Assembly (NCBI GenBank): GCA_001897355.1
Contig: MKST01000002.1
Span: forward strand, 351,387 to 415,386
Origin: Solirubrobacterales bacterium 67-14
GTDB lineage: Bacteria > Actinomycetota > Thermoleophilia > Solirubrobacterales > 70-9
DNA: 64,000 nt
Reading direction: 5' to 3'
Of the stretch, positions 9,140-17,850 are shown piece by piece. The translations under genes were made by a program, and so were the position numbers. Position 1 is the stretch's first letter. Every line of letters starts with the position of its first letter. Below the pieces are notes generated by a model. It worked only from the letters and a program-made list of their open reading frames with translations, made no database searches and was not told the DNA's origin.

Positions 9140-10591
9140 ATGGGATCCAGGCTGATAGGGGCGGTTTCGGCGATCGCGTACATCGTCCTGACCGGGCTTC
9201 TGCTCACGGCGCCGGCCGGCGCCCAGACCCAGAGCTCGTTCCGCAATCCGGTCCTGCCGCTCGACGCTTCGGGAAACGACTCGCCCGACCCGTGGCTGTT
9301 CCGCCACGACGGCCGCTACTGGATCAACTACACCTCCGACGGTCAGCTCGTCTACCGGAGCGCCCGGGTGCTCGACGGACTGGCCGACGCCCGCGAGCAC
9401 CGCATCTGGCCCCCCGAGGGGCAAACCGAGCCGGTCGAGCGCAGCGCCGAACTCTGGGCGCCGGAAACCCATCGGATCGGCAACCGCTGGTACGTCTACT
9501 ACACGGCCACCACCGCCGGCACGGGCATCTACTCACATCGGATCTACGTGCTGGAAAGCAAGTCCGACAGCCCGGCCGGCCCGTACCGGTTCAAGGCCGA
9601 GCTTTCACTCCCCCAGCCGTACGCGATCGACGGCACCGTCTTCGAGTTGAAGGGGAAGCTCTACCTCGCCTACTCAGGCGGCCCCCTTTTCACGCCGGCT
9701 TCGATCTACCTGGCCGAGCTCTCCAACCCGTGGACCGTGAAGGGCCTGCCGATCGAGGTCTCGACCCCGGAGTACGACTGGGAGAAGCAGTCGTTTGCGA
9801 TCAACGAAGGCCCGGAGGCGCTGATCCACGGCGGCCGGCTGAACCTGATCTTCTCGGCCAGCTGGTGTGGTTCCGGCCTCTACGCGCTGGGCCGGCTGAC
9901 CGTTCCGGCCGGCGCCGACCTGATCGACCCGGCGACCTGGGCCGACTCCAAGTTCCCCGACCCGGTCTTCGAAACCGATGCGGCCCGCGGCGTTTACGGG
10001 CCAGGGCACGGCTCCTTCTTCAGCACGAACGGCGGCAAGGAATGGTGGAACGTCTACCACGCCACCGACCAGGCCGGCAAGGGCTGCTTCACGGGCGGGC
10101 TCAGGACGACCCGCGTGCAGCGCTTCACCTGGAACTGGGACGGCACCCCGCGATTCGGCCGTCCCGCCTCCCTCGGAAACGATCTCGTCGCCCCGAAACC
10201 CGACCGGACGATCGCCATCCAGGCCGAACTGAAGCGATCCTTCCGGCCGTCGGCCCGCGCCAGCCGGATCGAGGACAGTCGCTTCTTCGGCTACGCCGGA
10301 ATGACCCTGAAGCCGAAGGGCGGGAAGCTGCCGGCGATGAAGTTCGGGATCCTGCGCAAGGGCCGCTACCGGCTCTACCTGCGGGTGCTCGGCGGACCGC
10401 AGGCCGGTTGGCTGAAGCTGGTTCGCCCGGACGCCCGGAACGTGTTCCGCAAGCTTGCCCGACCTCGCGAGCGGGTCGTCAACCTGGACCTGGGCACGAT
10501 CAACCTCAATCGCGGTCGCCGCTTCCTGCGACTGCGGAGCGGCCAGCCGGTGACCCTCGACCAGATTCGCCTGCAGCCGGAGCGGAAATAG
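9140..10591 (+). CDS. Glycoside hydrolase family 43-like secreted protein
   Basis: Signal peptide (LLLTAPAGAQT). NPVLP..SPDPWLFRHDGRYW, ELWAPETHRIGNRWYVYYTA, AINEGPEALIH and GPGHGSFF are characteristic of five-bladed-propeller GH43 enzymes. C-terminal extra domain. Confidence 0.75.
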   Translation: MGSRLIGAVSAIAYIVLTGLLLTAPAGAQTQSSFRNPVLPLDASGNDSPDPWLFRHDGRYWINYTSDGQLVYRSARVLDGLADAREHRIWPPEGQTEPVERSAELWAPETHRIGNRWYVYYTATTAGTGIYSHRIYVLESKSDSPAGPYRFKAELSLPQPYAIDGTVFELKGKLYLAYSGGPLFTPASIYLAELSNPWTVKGLPIEVSTPEYDWEKQSFAINEGPEALIHGGRLNLIFSASWCGSGLYALGRLTVPAGADLIDPATWADSKFPDPVFETDAARGVYGPGHGSFFSTNGGKEWWNVYHATDQAGKGCFTGGLRTTRVQRFTWNWDGTPRFGRPASLGNDLVAPKPDRTIAIQAELKRSFRPSARASRIEDSRFFGYAGMTLKPKGGKLPAMKFGILRKGRYRLYLRVLGGPQAGWLKLVRPDARNVFRKLARPRERVVNLDLGTINLNRGRRFLRLRSGQPVTLDQIRLQPERK

Positions 10592-10601
10592 ACTCTCCGG
10601 C

Positions 10602-11144
10602 ATGAGTCAGACCCCAAGTTGCTCGATCCGTGACTTCCGGATCGAGGACGCCGAAGCGGTTCACCGCTGGTTCAACAACAAGGAAGCCACCAAGACGCTG
10701 ATGGAACAGCGTGAGAGCTTCGAGATGGAAAACGCCGAGGGCTGGACCCGGGCCGCCGTGAAGCAGGAGGGCGAGGACCGGAAGTACGCGATCGAGGTGC
10801 CGGGGATCGAGCAGCCGGTCGGATTCACCGCGCTCTACGGGCTCTTCCGCCAGACCGCCCCCGAACTCGGTTGCCTGATCGGCGACGAGGTCCGCGGCAA
10901 GGGGGTCGGCCGCTGGGCCGAGCGCCTGACCGTGACCAAGGCCTTCGAGGAGTTCGGCGCCCACCGGATCTACGGTCGCATCCCCGCCTTCAACCAAGCG
11001 GCCAAGAAGGTCGTCACGGCCCAGGGCTGGACCTTCGAAGGCAACATGCCCGGCCACATCCGGCGGCCCGACGGCACCCTGCTCGACTGCGAGATCTGGG
11101 GGGCCACGCCCGAACAGTTCTTCGCTGCGGTCGAGAAGTGGTGA
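10602..11144 (+). CDS. GNAT family N-acetyltransferase (RimJ/RimL-like)
   Basis: 180 aa. IRDFRIEDAEAVHRWFNN...GKGVGRWAERLTVTKAFEEFGAHRIYGRI pattern of the Acetyltransf_3-type GNATs. Confidence 0.8.
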   Translation: MSQTPSCSIRDFRIEDAEAVHRWFNNKEATKTLMEQRESFEMENAEGWTRAAVKQEGEDRKYAIEVPGIEQPVGFTALYGLFRQTAPELGCLIGDEVRGKGVGRWAERLTVTKAFEEFGAHRIYGRIPAFNQAAKKVVTAQGWTFEGNMPGHIRRPDGTLLDCEIWGATPEQFFAAVEKW

Positions 11145-12112
11145 CGGGCCTGAGCGCAGAACTGGTTGAAGACGGTGGCCGGGCTGCCAGCGGCCCCGAC
11201 TTCTTCCGCTCGGCCGAATTCCTCGAGGCGGAAAGCACCACCCATTCGCTGCTGATCCACGAGACCGGCGACGAAACCGAACTGGTCGCCTCTGCCCCGC
11301 TGCTGGTCCGCGAGATCCCCGGCAGCGACCGCCTCGACGCGGTCTCGCCCTACGGCTACCCGGGCCTGGCGATCTCCGACGGCCCGCTGCTGCGACTCGA
11401 CTTCCCGCTCGACGCGGGGACGATCGACTTCTCCGAGACCGGGCTGGTCACGATCTTCCTGAGGCATTCGCTGGGCGGGGATCCACCGCTGGCCAAGGCG
11501 ACTCCGCGCAACGTCTGCCTGCTCTCCGACCCGACCCTGCCCCGCAAGAGCCGCGCCTCGGACCGCCAGCAGATCCGCAAGAACCTGAAGCGGGGCTGTG
11601 AACTGGAGATCGTCCCTGGCCCCGAAACCTCGCCCGAGCAGCGGTCCGGCTTCTTCACCGCCTACACCGAGACCATGGCCCGGACCAATGCCGCCGAGCG
11701 CTACTTCTTCAGCGAGCGGTACTTCGACCTGATCCTCTCGGCCGAAGGGACCTGGCTCTTCATCCTCCGCAGCCCGGAGGGTGAGACGGCTGCCGCTTCG
11801 ATCGCCGCGCTGAGTGACGGCCTGCTCCACTACTACCTCTCCGGCACGGCCGACGCCCACCTCAAGGGGGCGCCGATGAAGAACGTGGTCGAGGAGATGA
11901 TCGGCTTCGGAGCCGAGCGGGAGCTCGCGGTCAACTTCGGTGGCGGCATCACCCCGGGCGACGCACTCGAGGAGTTCAAGCGTGGTTTCGCCAACCGGGA
12001 GGAGCAATGGTTCACCTCCGAGATCGTCTGCGACCCCGAAGCCAACGCCGAACTAACCACCCAACTCGCCCCGGACGCCGACCCCGGCTTCTTCCCCTCC
12101 TACCGAGCCTGA
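11138..12112 (+). CDS. FemAB-like / Acetyltransf_6-type GNAT-fold protein
   Basis: The track ORF (10871..) overlaps the GNAT gene in another frame. I trimmed it to GTG 11138/11141, which overlaps the GNAT stop (GTGGTGA). LHYYLSGTADAHLKGAPMKNVVEEMIGFGAERELAVNFGGG...LEEFKRGF resembles the FemAB/BioF2-like acetyltransferase family. Confidence 0.55.
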   Translation: MVTGLSAELVEDGGRAASGPDFFRSAEFLEAESTTHSLLIHETGDETELVASAPLLVREIPGSDRLDAVSPYGYPGLAISDGPLLRLDFPLDAGTIDFSETGLVTIFLRHSLGGDPPLAKATPRNVCLLSDPTLPRKSRASDRQQIRKNLKRGCELEIVPGPETSPEQRSGFFTAYTETMARTNAAERYFFSERYFDLILSAEGTWLFILRSPEGETAAASIAALSDGLLHYYLSGTADAHLKGAPMKNVVEEMIGFGAERELAVNFGGGITPGDALEEFKRGFANREEQWFTSEIVCDPEANAELTTQLAPDADPGFFPSYRA

Positions 12113-12126
12113 CCCTCCCCAAGACG

Positions 12127-12212
12127 GAGCCCCGCCCAACTATCCGTTGCCTCGAATGGGCGGGGCGGGTTTCTCGTGGAGGGCGGGTCGGACCCCGCCC
12201 GACTCCTTATGT
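12127..12212. repeat. GC-rich two-hairpin intergenic element, family 1, copy A
   Basis: Hairpin 1: GCCCCGCCC (12129-12137) pairs with GGGCGGGGC (12158-12166), 20-nt loop. Hairpin 2: GGGCGGG (12181-12187) pairs with CCCGCCC (12194-12200). The 46-nt core 12158-12203 differs at only 2 positions from 32158-32203. Confidence 0.8.
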
Positions 12213-12920
12213 TCCGAAGCTAGGCCCGCTTAGGGCGGGGAAGCCGGACATCGGTTCTCGGCCGTGGCCCCAGTGGGCGACGCCGAAGGCGCGGATCGCG
12301 TCCAGCGTCTTCTGCCCCATCCAGTCCGGGCAGCCGATCAAGTTGCGCCAGGAGGTGGCGGCGGCCGCGTAGGGCATGTCCGGGTTGGGGAAGAGCAGCG
12401 CGGCCGAGTAGACCGTGTCGTAGAAGCCCTTGAGGGCGAGCTGGTCCTTTTCGGGGAGGTCCGGGTCGTACTGGATCGCGACCCGGCCGTGTTCGAGCGA
12501 GTGGACGACGTTTACCGGCGCAGCCGGGTCGGCCCAGGCGCCATCGGCCTGTTGCAGCGGCGGTTGGATGTGATCGCCTGAGGTCGGCGGCACGGTCCCG
12601 TAATCGGGAACCGGGTCGTCCGGGCCGAGGTGCTGGTGGCCTTCCTCGGGCAGGTCCTCGCGGACCACGCACTTGGCCGCGGTCGCGGCGGCCTTCAGGT
12701 CGGTGATCTGCGGGCCGTCGTATTTGGTGCCGGTCCGGGTGTCGGGGGTGAGGTCGTTGCTGGAGCCGGAAGCACTCGAGATGTGGGCCGAGCCGCCGTC
12801 TTCTCCCCCGGACCTGAGGGCGACGAAGACCCCGCCGACGATGAAGACTATGAAGACGAGGCCGACCAGGTAGCCGGCCACGGTCGGCTTCGCTTCGGCG
12901 CTGTTGCCTTCCTGGCCCAA
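12207..12920 (-). CDS. DUF3105 domain-containing membrane-anchored protein
   Basis: N-terminal TM (VAGYLVGLVFIVFIVGGVFVAL), then HSLEHGRVAIQYDPDLP, typical of DUF3105 as I recall. TTG start. Confidence 0.7.
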   Translation of the reverse strand: MGQEGNSAEAKPTVAGYLVGLVFIVFIVGGVFVALRSGGEDGGSAHISSASGSSNDLTPDTRTGTKYDGPQITDLKAAATAAKCVVREDLPEEGHQHLGPDDPVPDYGTVPPTSGDHIQPPLQQADGAWADPAAPVNVVHSLEHGRVAIQYDPDLPEKDQLALKGFYDTVYSAALLFPNPDMPYAAAATSWRNLIGCPDWMGQKTLDAIRAFGVAHWGHGREPMSGFPALSGPSFGT

Positions 12921-12933
12921 GACCGGATGGCGC

Positions 12934-13839
12934 CTACTGGGTCAGGGACTGGCCGCGGGCACCGCGCCAGGGCTGGGCGGCCCGCAACGCCCCCAGCACG
13001 GCCCGGGTGGCCGGGGCCTTGTTCAGCGCATAGAAGTGGATACCCGGGGCGCCGGCCGCGAGCAGTTCGGCGCTCTGCTGGGCGGCATAGGCGACGCCCA
13101 GGTTGAACTCGGCTTCCGGGTCGCCCTCGGCGGCCAGCATGGCGGCCTCGAGCTCGACCGGGATGCTCGCGTCGCAGAGGCTGCAGATGCGCTTGGTGTG
13201 GGCGTAGCCGGTGACCGGGATGATCCCGGCCAGGATCGGCACCTCGATGCCCTTGGCCCGGGCCGCCTCGACGAAATCGAAATAGGCCCGGTTGTCGAAG
13301 AAGAGCTGGGTGATCAGGAACTCCGCCCCGGCGTCGACCTTGGTCTTCAGGTAGGTCAGGTCGGTGTCGAGGTCCGGTGCCTCGGGATGGACCTCGGGGA
13401 AGCAGGCGCCGCCGATCGAGAAGTCGTAGTTGGCGCTGATGTGGCCGGCCAGGTCGGCGGCGCTGCCGAAGCCGCCTTCGGGCTGGACGAAGTCGGCTTC
13501 GCCGCGGGGCGGGTCGCCGCGCAGGGCGAAGATGTTGTCGATGCCGGCCTCACGCAGCCGGTCGAGGGTGGCGTCGAGGCCTTCGGCGGTCTCGCCGACA
13601 CAGCTCAGATGGGCCATCACTTCGAGGCCGACCTCGTCCTTGAGGGCGGTGGTGATGTCCACCGTGCCGTCCCGGGTCGAGCCGCCCGCGCCGTAGGTCA
13701 CGGAGACGAAGTCCAGCTCGAGCTCGGCCAGGGTACGGGCCGTTTCGAAGAGCTGAACCCGGCCCTCATCGGTCTTCGGCGGGAAGAACTCCACCGAAAA
13801 CACGGGCCGTTTCGCCGTGATTATCTCGCCGATGCGCAT
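12934..13839 (-). CDS. metF: Methylenetetrahydrofolate reductase
   Basis: FSVEFFPPKTDEG...VSVTYGAGGSTR...HLSCVG...NIFALRGDPP motifs. About 300 aa. Confidence 0.9.
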   Translation of the reverse strand: MRIGEIITAKRPVFSVEFFPPKTDEGRVQLFETARTLAELELDFVSVTYGAGGSTRDGTVDITTALKDEVGLEVMAHLSCVGETAEGLDATLDRLREAGIDNIFALRGDPPRGEADFVQPEGGFGSAADLAGHISANYDFSIGGACFPEVHPEAPDLDTDLTYLKTKVDAGAEFLITQLFFDNRAYFDFVEAARAKGIEVPILAGIIPVTGYAHTKRICSLCDASIPVELEAAMLAAEGDPEAEFNLGVAYAAQQSAELLAAGAPGIHFYALNKAPATRAVLGALRAAQPWRGARGQSLTQ

Positions 13840-13865
13840 CCGGAAAGCCTAGCGGGAATGGGAAA

Positions 13866-14429
13866 TCAGTCCGGGGCCAGGCCCTGGCCGGTCGCGGCGA
13901 GCCAGACCGTGCGGCGGAGGATTTCCAGGTCCAGCCTGAGCGAACGGTTGTCCACGTACTCGACGTCTAGCTCGATCCGCTCCTCCCAGGGGATGCCGGC
14001 CCGGCCCTGCACCTGGGCCCAGCCGGTGATCCCCGGCCGGACCTCGTGGCGGCGGTGCTGATGCGGCGTGTAGTCGGCGACCTGGGCGGGGATGGTCGGG
14101 CGCGGGCCGACCAGGGCCATCTCGCCCCGCCAGACGTTGATCAGGTTGGGCAGCTCGTCGAGTGAGGTGCGCCGCAGCCAGCGGCCGACCCGGGTCACCC
14201 GCGGGTCGTCGCGGCCGACCACGGTGCCGACCCCGACCGGGTCGGAGCCCGGGACCATGGTCCTGAGTTTCAGCATCTCGAACTCGCGGCCATCCTTGCC
14301 GACCCGGATCTGCCGGTAGATCGCGCTGCCCCCGCCTTCGAGGCGGACCAGGATGGCGCAGATGACCAGGAGCGGCGCGGTCAGCAGCAGGACGACCCCG
14401 GTCAGCAGTTTCTCCAGCGGCCGGTTCAC
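13866..14429 (-). CDS. Small (PglC-like) bacterial sugar transferase / phosphoglycosyl transferase
   Basis: One N-terminal hydrophobic helix plus the Bac_transf core: YRQIRVGKDGREFEMLKLRTM, SLDELPNLINVWRGEMALVGPRP, GITGWAQV. 187 aa. Confidence 0.9.
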   Translation of the reverse strand: MNRPLEKLLTGVVLLLTAPLLVICAILVRLEGGGSAIYRQIRVGKDGREFEMLKLRTMVPGSDPVGVGTVVGRDDPRVTRVGRWLRRTSLDELPNLINVWRGEMALVGPRPTIPAQVADYTPHQHRRHEVRPGITGWAQVQGRAGIPWEERIELDVEYVDNRSLRLDLEILRRTVWLAATGQGLAPD

Positions 14430-15607
14430 CGCGTTCCCTCGGCTTTCTCCCAGGCCGCCGGCGGGCCCTGCCGCCAGCGGTCCCAGAGGCCGAGCGCGAT
14501 CGAGAGGGTCACCTCGACGTAGTAGCGGGCGATCCGGAAGGGCAGGATCGGGATCCAGCGGCCCAGCACCGCCCCGGCCAGCAGCAGCACCTGGAGGAGC
14601 ATGGTCAGGCCGTAGAACCAGCCGTGGCCGAGCAAGGCGATGTTGGTCAGCAGGGCGATCAGGTGCAGGGCGGGGCTGAGGTAGCGGAGCAGCCGGTGGG
14701 AGAAGAGTTCGAAGAGGTAGAGCGGCGAGTAGCCGCGCGGATCGAGCATGCCCTCGCCGACCACGATGTCCCAGAGCCCGACCATCATCCGACGCTTGCG
14801 GGCCAGCTCGCCTTCGAGGCTGGGCACGAGCTTTTCGGTCGCCCGGGCGCGGGGGCGATAGAGCGAGGCGAGACGCCGCTTGGCCAGGGCGAAGGGGAAG
14901 GAGAGGTCGTGGCTGCCGGAGGGCTTCAGCGGAATGTAGGCCGAGGCCCGCACCGCATAGATCGCGCCGTTGCCGGCCGTCACCCCGGCCAGTTCGGACT
15001 CCATCTCCCGGACCCGCATCTCGTAGCGCCAGTAGGCGCCTTCGAGGTTGCCGCCGTCGGGGCCGGTGAAGCTCACCTGGCCGCAGACGTAGCCGACCCG
15101 TTCGTCCCGGAAGGGTTCGATCAGCTCGTTCAGCGCCCCCGGCTCCCAGGTCGAGTTGGCGTCGGAGAAAGCGAGCAGGTGGCCGGTCGCCTTCTCGGCG
15201 GCGGCGTTCTGGGCGGCGATCTTGCCGCCGCGCGGCAGCTCCAGGACCAGGTCGGCCCCTGCTTCCTTCGCGATCTCGACCGTGCGGTCACTCGAGCCGT
15301 CCGAGGCGACGATGACCTCCAGCAGCTCCCGGGGATACTCGAGCTCGAGCGCGTTCTTGACCTTCGCCTCGATCACGGTCTCCTCGTTGTAGGCGGCGAT
15401 GACCAGCGAGACCTTAGGCACGAGCTCCTCTTCGGTGTCGGGGTCGATCGGCGGCGGGATCTCACTCAGCTTGGGGCCGCGGACCTCGCCGGCCCGGCCG
15501 CCGAGCCCGATGAAATCGAGCAGCCAGAGCGCGATCGGGTAGCCGACATGCGTGAAGAAGAGCGGGCCGGCGCTGAACCAGAAGAGGATGTAGACGATGG
15601 TCAGCAT
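14426..15607 (-). CDS. Membrane-embedded family 2 glycosyltransferase
   Basis: Trimmed from the 462-aa track ORF to the ATG at 15607 (MLTIVYILFWF). GT2 core VSLVIAAYNEE...ASDGSSDRT...FSDANS, flanked by N- and C-terminal TM helices. A 4-nt overlap with the downstream sugar transferase. Confidence 0.85.
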   Translation of the reverse strand: MLTIVYILFWFSAGPLFFTHVGYPIALWLLDFIGLGGRAGEVRGPKLSEIPPPIDPDTEEELVPKVSLVIAAYNEETVIEAKVKNALELEYPRELLEVIVASDGSSDRTVEIAKEAGADLVLELPRGGKIAAQNAAAEKATGHLLAFSDANSTWEPGALNELIEPFRDERVGYVCGQVSFTGPDGGNLEGAYWRYEMRVREMESELAGVTAGNGAIYAVRASAYIPLKPSGSHDLSFPFALAKRRLASLYRPRARATEKLVPSLEGELARKRRMMVGLWDIVVGEGMLDPRGYSPLYLFELFSHRLLRYLSPALHLIALLTNIALLGHGWFYGLTMLLQVLLLAGAVLGRWIPILPFRIARYYVEVTLSIALGLWDRWRQGPPAAWEKAEGTR

Positions 15608-15617
15608 TGCGTCCGGA

Positions 15618-16787
15618 TCACCCCAGCACATCCTGGTAGAGAGCGATCGTCTGGTCGGCGACTCTGTCCCAGGCGAACGGGCCTTCCGCCGCCGCCCGGC
15701 AGCGGCCTTCCAGTCGCTGGCGCTCGGCCGCCGCATCCGGGCCGACCACCAGCCGGGCGAGCTCCTCGCCCAGCTGATCGGCGTCGCCCGGTTCGACCAG
15801 CCGGGCCAGCCCATGTTCGTGTGCGACCTCGCCGATCCCGCCCACGTCGGAAACGACCATCGCCTTGCCGAAGGCGATGCCGGTGTAGAGCACGCCGGAC
15901 TGTTCGCCGTCCAGATAGGGCAGGACGAGCACGTCCGCGCGGCGCATGATCGCGGGGATCTCGGAATCCTCGATGAAGCGGGGCAGCCAGCGGACGTCGA
16001 GCCGCAGGCGGGCGGTCCTCTCCCTCAGCTCGGTCAGGTCCATCCGCGGGTTGCCGACGATCCAAAGTTCCGGTGCGGCCTGCCCGGTCGGCGCTGCGAG
16101 TTGCTCGGCGGCGCGGATCAGCACGTCGATGCCCTTGTAGGGGCGGAGCAACCCGAAGAAAAGGACCACCGGCGGGCGCGATTCGGGATCGGAATCGTCG
16201 TCCCAGGCCGGGTTCGGCGCGGCCAGCTCAGGCGGCAGCGGCCGCTCGTCGGGCTGATGGGTCAGGTAGTCGAAGGCGCCGTGAGGGATGATCCGGACCC
16301 GGTCCGCCGGCAGGCCGACCTCGTCCTGAAGCCGTTCGGCGCCGGTCCGCGAGTGCGCGATCACCGCGTCCATGCCGCCGAACACCTTCTTCGCCTCGCC
16401 GATCTGGCGATCGGTCGGGCCGGGCGGCAGGATGTAGTGGGCGGTCATCACCCGCGGCCGGCGGTCGGAGATCAGCCGGTGGTCGACCCGCGGCATGGTC
16501 AGCCACTGGTAGTGCGTGACCATCGGGTCCGGTGCGGCGTCCAGCTTGCGGCGCAGCCGGCGCATCTCGGGAAAGTGCTGCAGCGCCTTGCTGAGCCGCC
16601 GGGCCCGCGGCGAGACCCGCCGGTAGAAGTCGTACGAGACTTCGTAGCCCTCCGGCTCGGGCACCGGGCCGTAGGTGAACTCTGAGGTGATCAGCTCGAC
16701 TTCCGCCCCGCGCGCGGCCAGGGCAGCGGCGAGCGCCCGGTCATACGGCGGGGTGAAGGCCGAGGGGTCGATCAACTTGACATGCAC
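15618..16787 (-). CDS. Family 4 (GT-B) glycosyltransferase
   Basis: VVLFFGLLRPYKGIDVLIRA...ADVLVLPYLDGEQSGVLYTGIAFGKAMVVSDVGGIGE is GT1/GT4-type C-terminal domain. Start trimmed to GTG 16787 (VHVKLIDPSAF). Confidence 0.85.
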   Translation of the reverse strand: MHVKLIDPSAFTPPYDRALAAALAARGAEVELITSEFTYGPVPEPEGYEVSYDFYRRVSPRARRLSKALQHFPEMRRLRRKLDAAPDPMVTHYQWLTMPRVDHRLISDRRPRVMTAHYILPPGPTDRQIGEAKKVFGGMDAVIAHSRTGAERLQDEVGLPADRVRIIPHGAFDYLTHQPDERPLPPELAAPNPAWDDDSDPESRPPVVLFFGLLRPYKGIDVLIRAAEQLAAPTGQAAPELWIVGNPRMDLTELRERTARLRLDVRWLPRFIEDSEIPAIMRRADVLVLPYLDGEQSGVLYTGIAFGKAMVVSDVGGIGEVAHEHGLARLVEPGDADQLGEELARLVVGPDAAAERQRLEGRCRAAAEGPFAWDRVADQTIALYQDVLG

Positions 16788-16801
16788 ATGCGGGATTATC
16801 G

Positions 16802-17788
16802 TTGGCGACCGTGAACTCCCACCCCCCGGCACCGGAACCTGCAAGCCAGGCCACATCCGTGGACCTGAGCTACTGCGTGGTCAACAACGATGGCCGGGAG
16901 TACCTGATGGCCTGCCTGGAGGCGATCGAGGCCTTCCACCCGGCGACGCTCGGCCGTGAGGTGCTGGTCCTCGACAACGCCTCCTCCGACGGTTCGGTCG
17001 AGGCGGTCCGCGAGCGTTTTCCGGAGGCTCGGGTGATCGCCCTGGATTCGAAGCAGGGCAAGGCGGCCAACGACTCGCTGCTGCTGGAGTCGGCCCGCGG
17101 CCGCTACTGCCTGCTGCTGAACGAGGACTCCGAGCTGCGAGCCGGGGCGGTCGAGGCCCTGGTCGACGCCCTCGACGCCGACCCGGAAGCGGGTGCCGCC
17201 GGCGCCCGGCTCTTCGACGGCGACGGCAACGCCTATGCCTGCGCCTGGCGCTTCCCGGGAGTCGAGTCGGCGCTGGTCGGGGCGATGTTCCTGCATTCCC
17301 GCCTCACCGTGCAGAGCCAGGGCGAGGTGACCCGACGGGTCGACTGGGCCCAGTCCTCGGCCCTGATGGTCCGCCGCGAAGCGGCGGCCGAGGTCGGCTT
17401 TCTCGACGAGCAGTTCTTCGTCTACTACGACGAGTGCGATTTCTGCAAGCGGCTGGCCGACGCCGGCTGGAGCACGCTCTACGTCCCCGCCGCCGAGGCC
17501 GTCCACCACAACCAGCTCTCGACCGACCTCTCCTCCGGCCTGCCTCGCATCGTCGAGTTCCACCGCAACCGCGACCTCTACATGCGCAAGCACTCGAACC
17601 GTGCCGCTGCCCTCGCGGTCCGCGTCCTCACCGCCTGGGCCTACGGCCTGCGGACGATCGCCTCGATCTTCGTGCCGGCCGCCCCGCCCAAGGTCTACCC
17701 GGCCCACACCCGCCAGGCCCTCTTCCCCTATCGCGGAGAAAGCCTCGCCGACCGCTCCCGAGTCAGGAAAACAGTCCAGGACAGCTGA
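16802..17788 (+). CDS. Family 2 glycosyltransferase (rhamnosyltransferase-like)
   Basis: SYCVVNNDGREYLMACLEAI, VLDNASSDGS, LLNEDSEL. The start is uncertain: TTG 16802, GTG 16811 or GTG 16859. Confidence 0.85.
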   Translation: MATVNSHPPAPEPASQATSVDLSYCVVNNDGREYLMACLEAIEAFHPATLGREVLVLDNASSDGSVEAVRERFPEARVIALDSKQGKAANDSLLLESARGRYCLLLNEDSELRAGAVEALVDALDADPEAGAAGARLFDGDGNAYACAWRFPGVESALVGAMFLHSRLTVQSQGEVTRRVDWAQSSALMVRREAAAEVGFLDEQFFVYYDECDFCKRLADAGWSTLYVPAAEAVHHNQLSTDLSSGLPRIVEFHRNRDLYMRKHSNRAAALAVRVLTAWAYGLRTIASIFVPAAPPKVYPAHTRQALFPYRGESLADRSRVRKTVQDS

Positions 17789-17790
17789 GC

Positions 17791-17850
17791 GTCACCGCGG
17801 TGACGCAGGTTTTGAGTCGATTCGACAAAAGACCTGCGGCACCATCAGGA
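17791..17850. repeat. Nested palindromic element, family 2, copy 1 (terminator-like, between convergent genes)
   Basis: GGTGACGCAGGT (17799-17810) pairs 11/12 with ACCTGCGGCACC (17832-17843). The loop holds an inner palindrome GAGTCGATTCGAC. It is preceded by the perfect palindrome GTCACCGCGGTGAC. Same architecture as 28038-28088 and 29184-29234. Confidence 0.7.
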
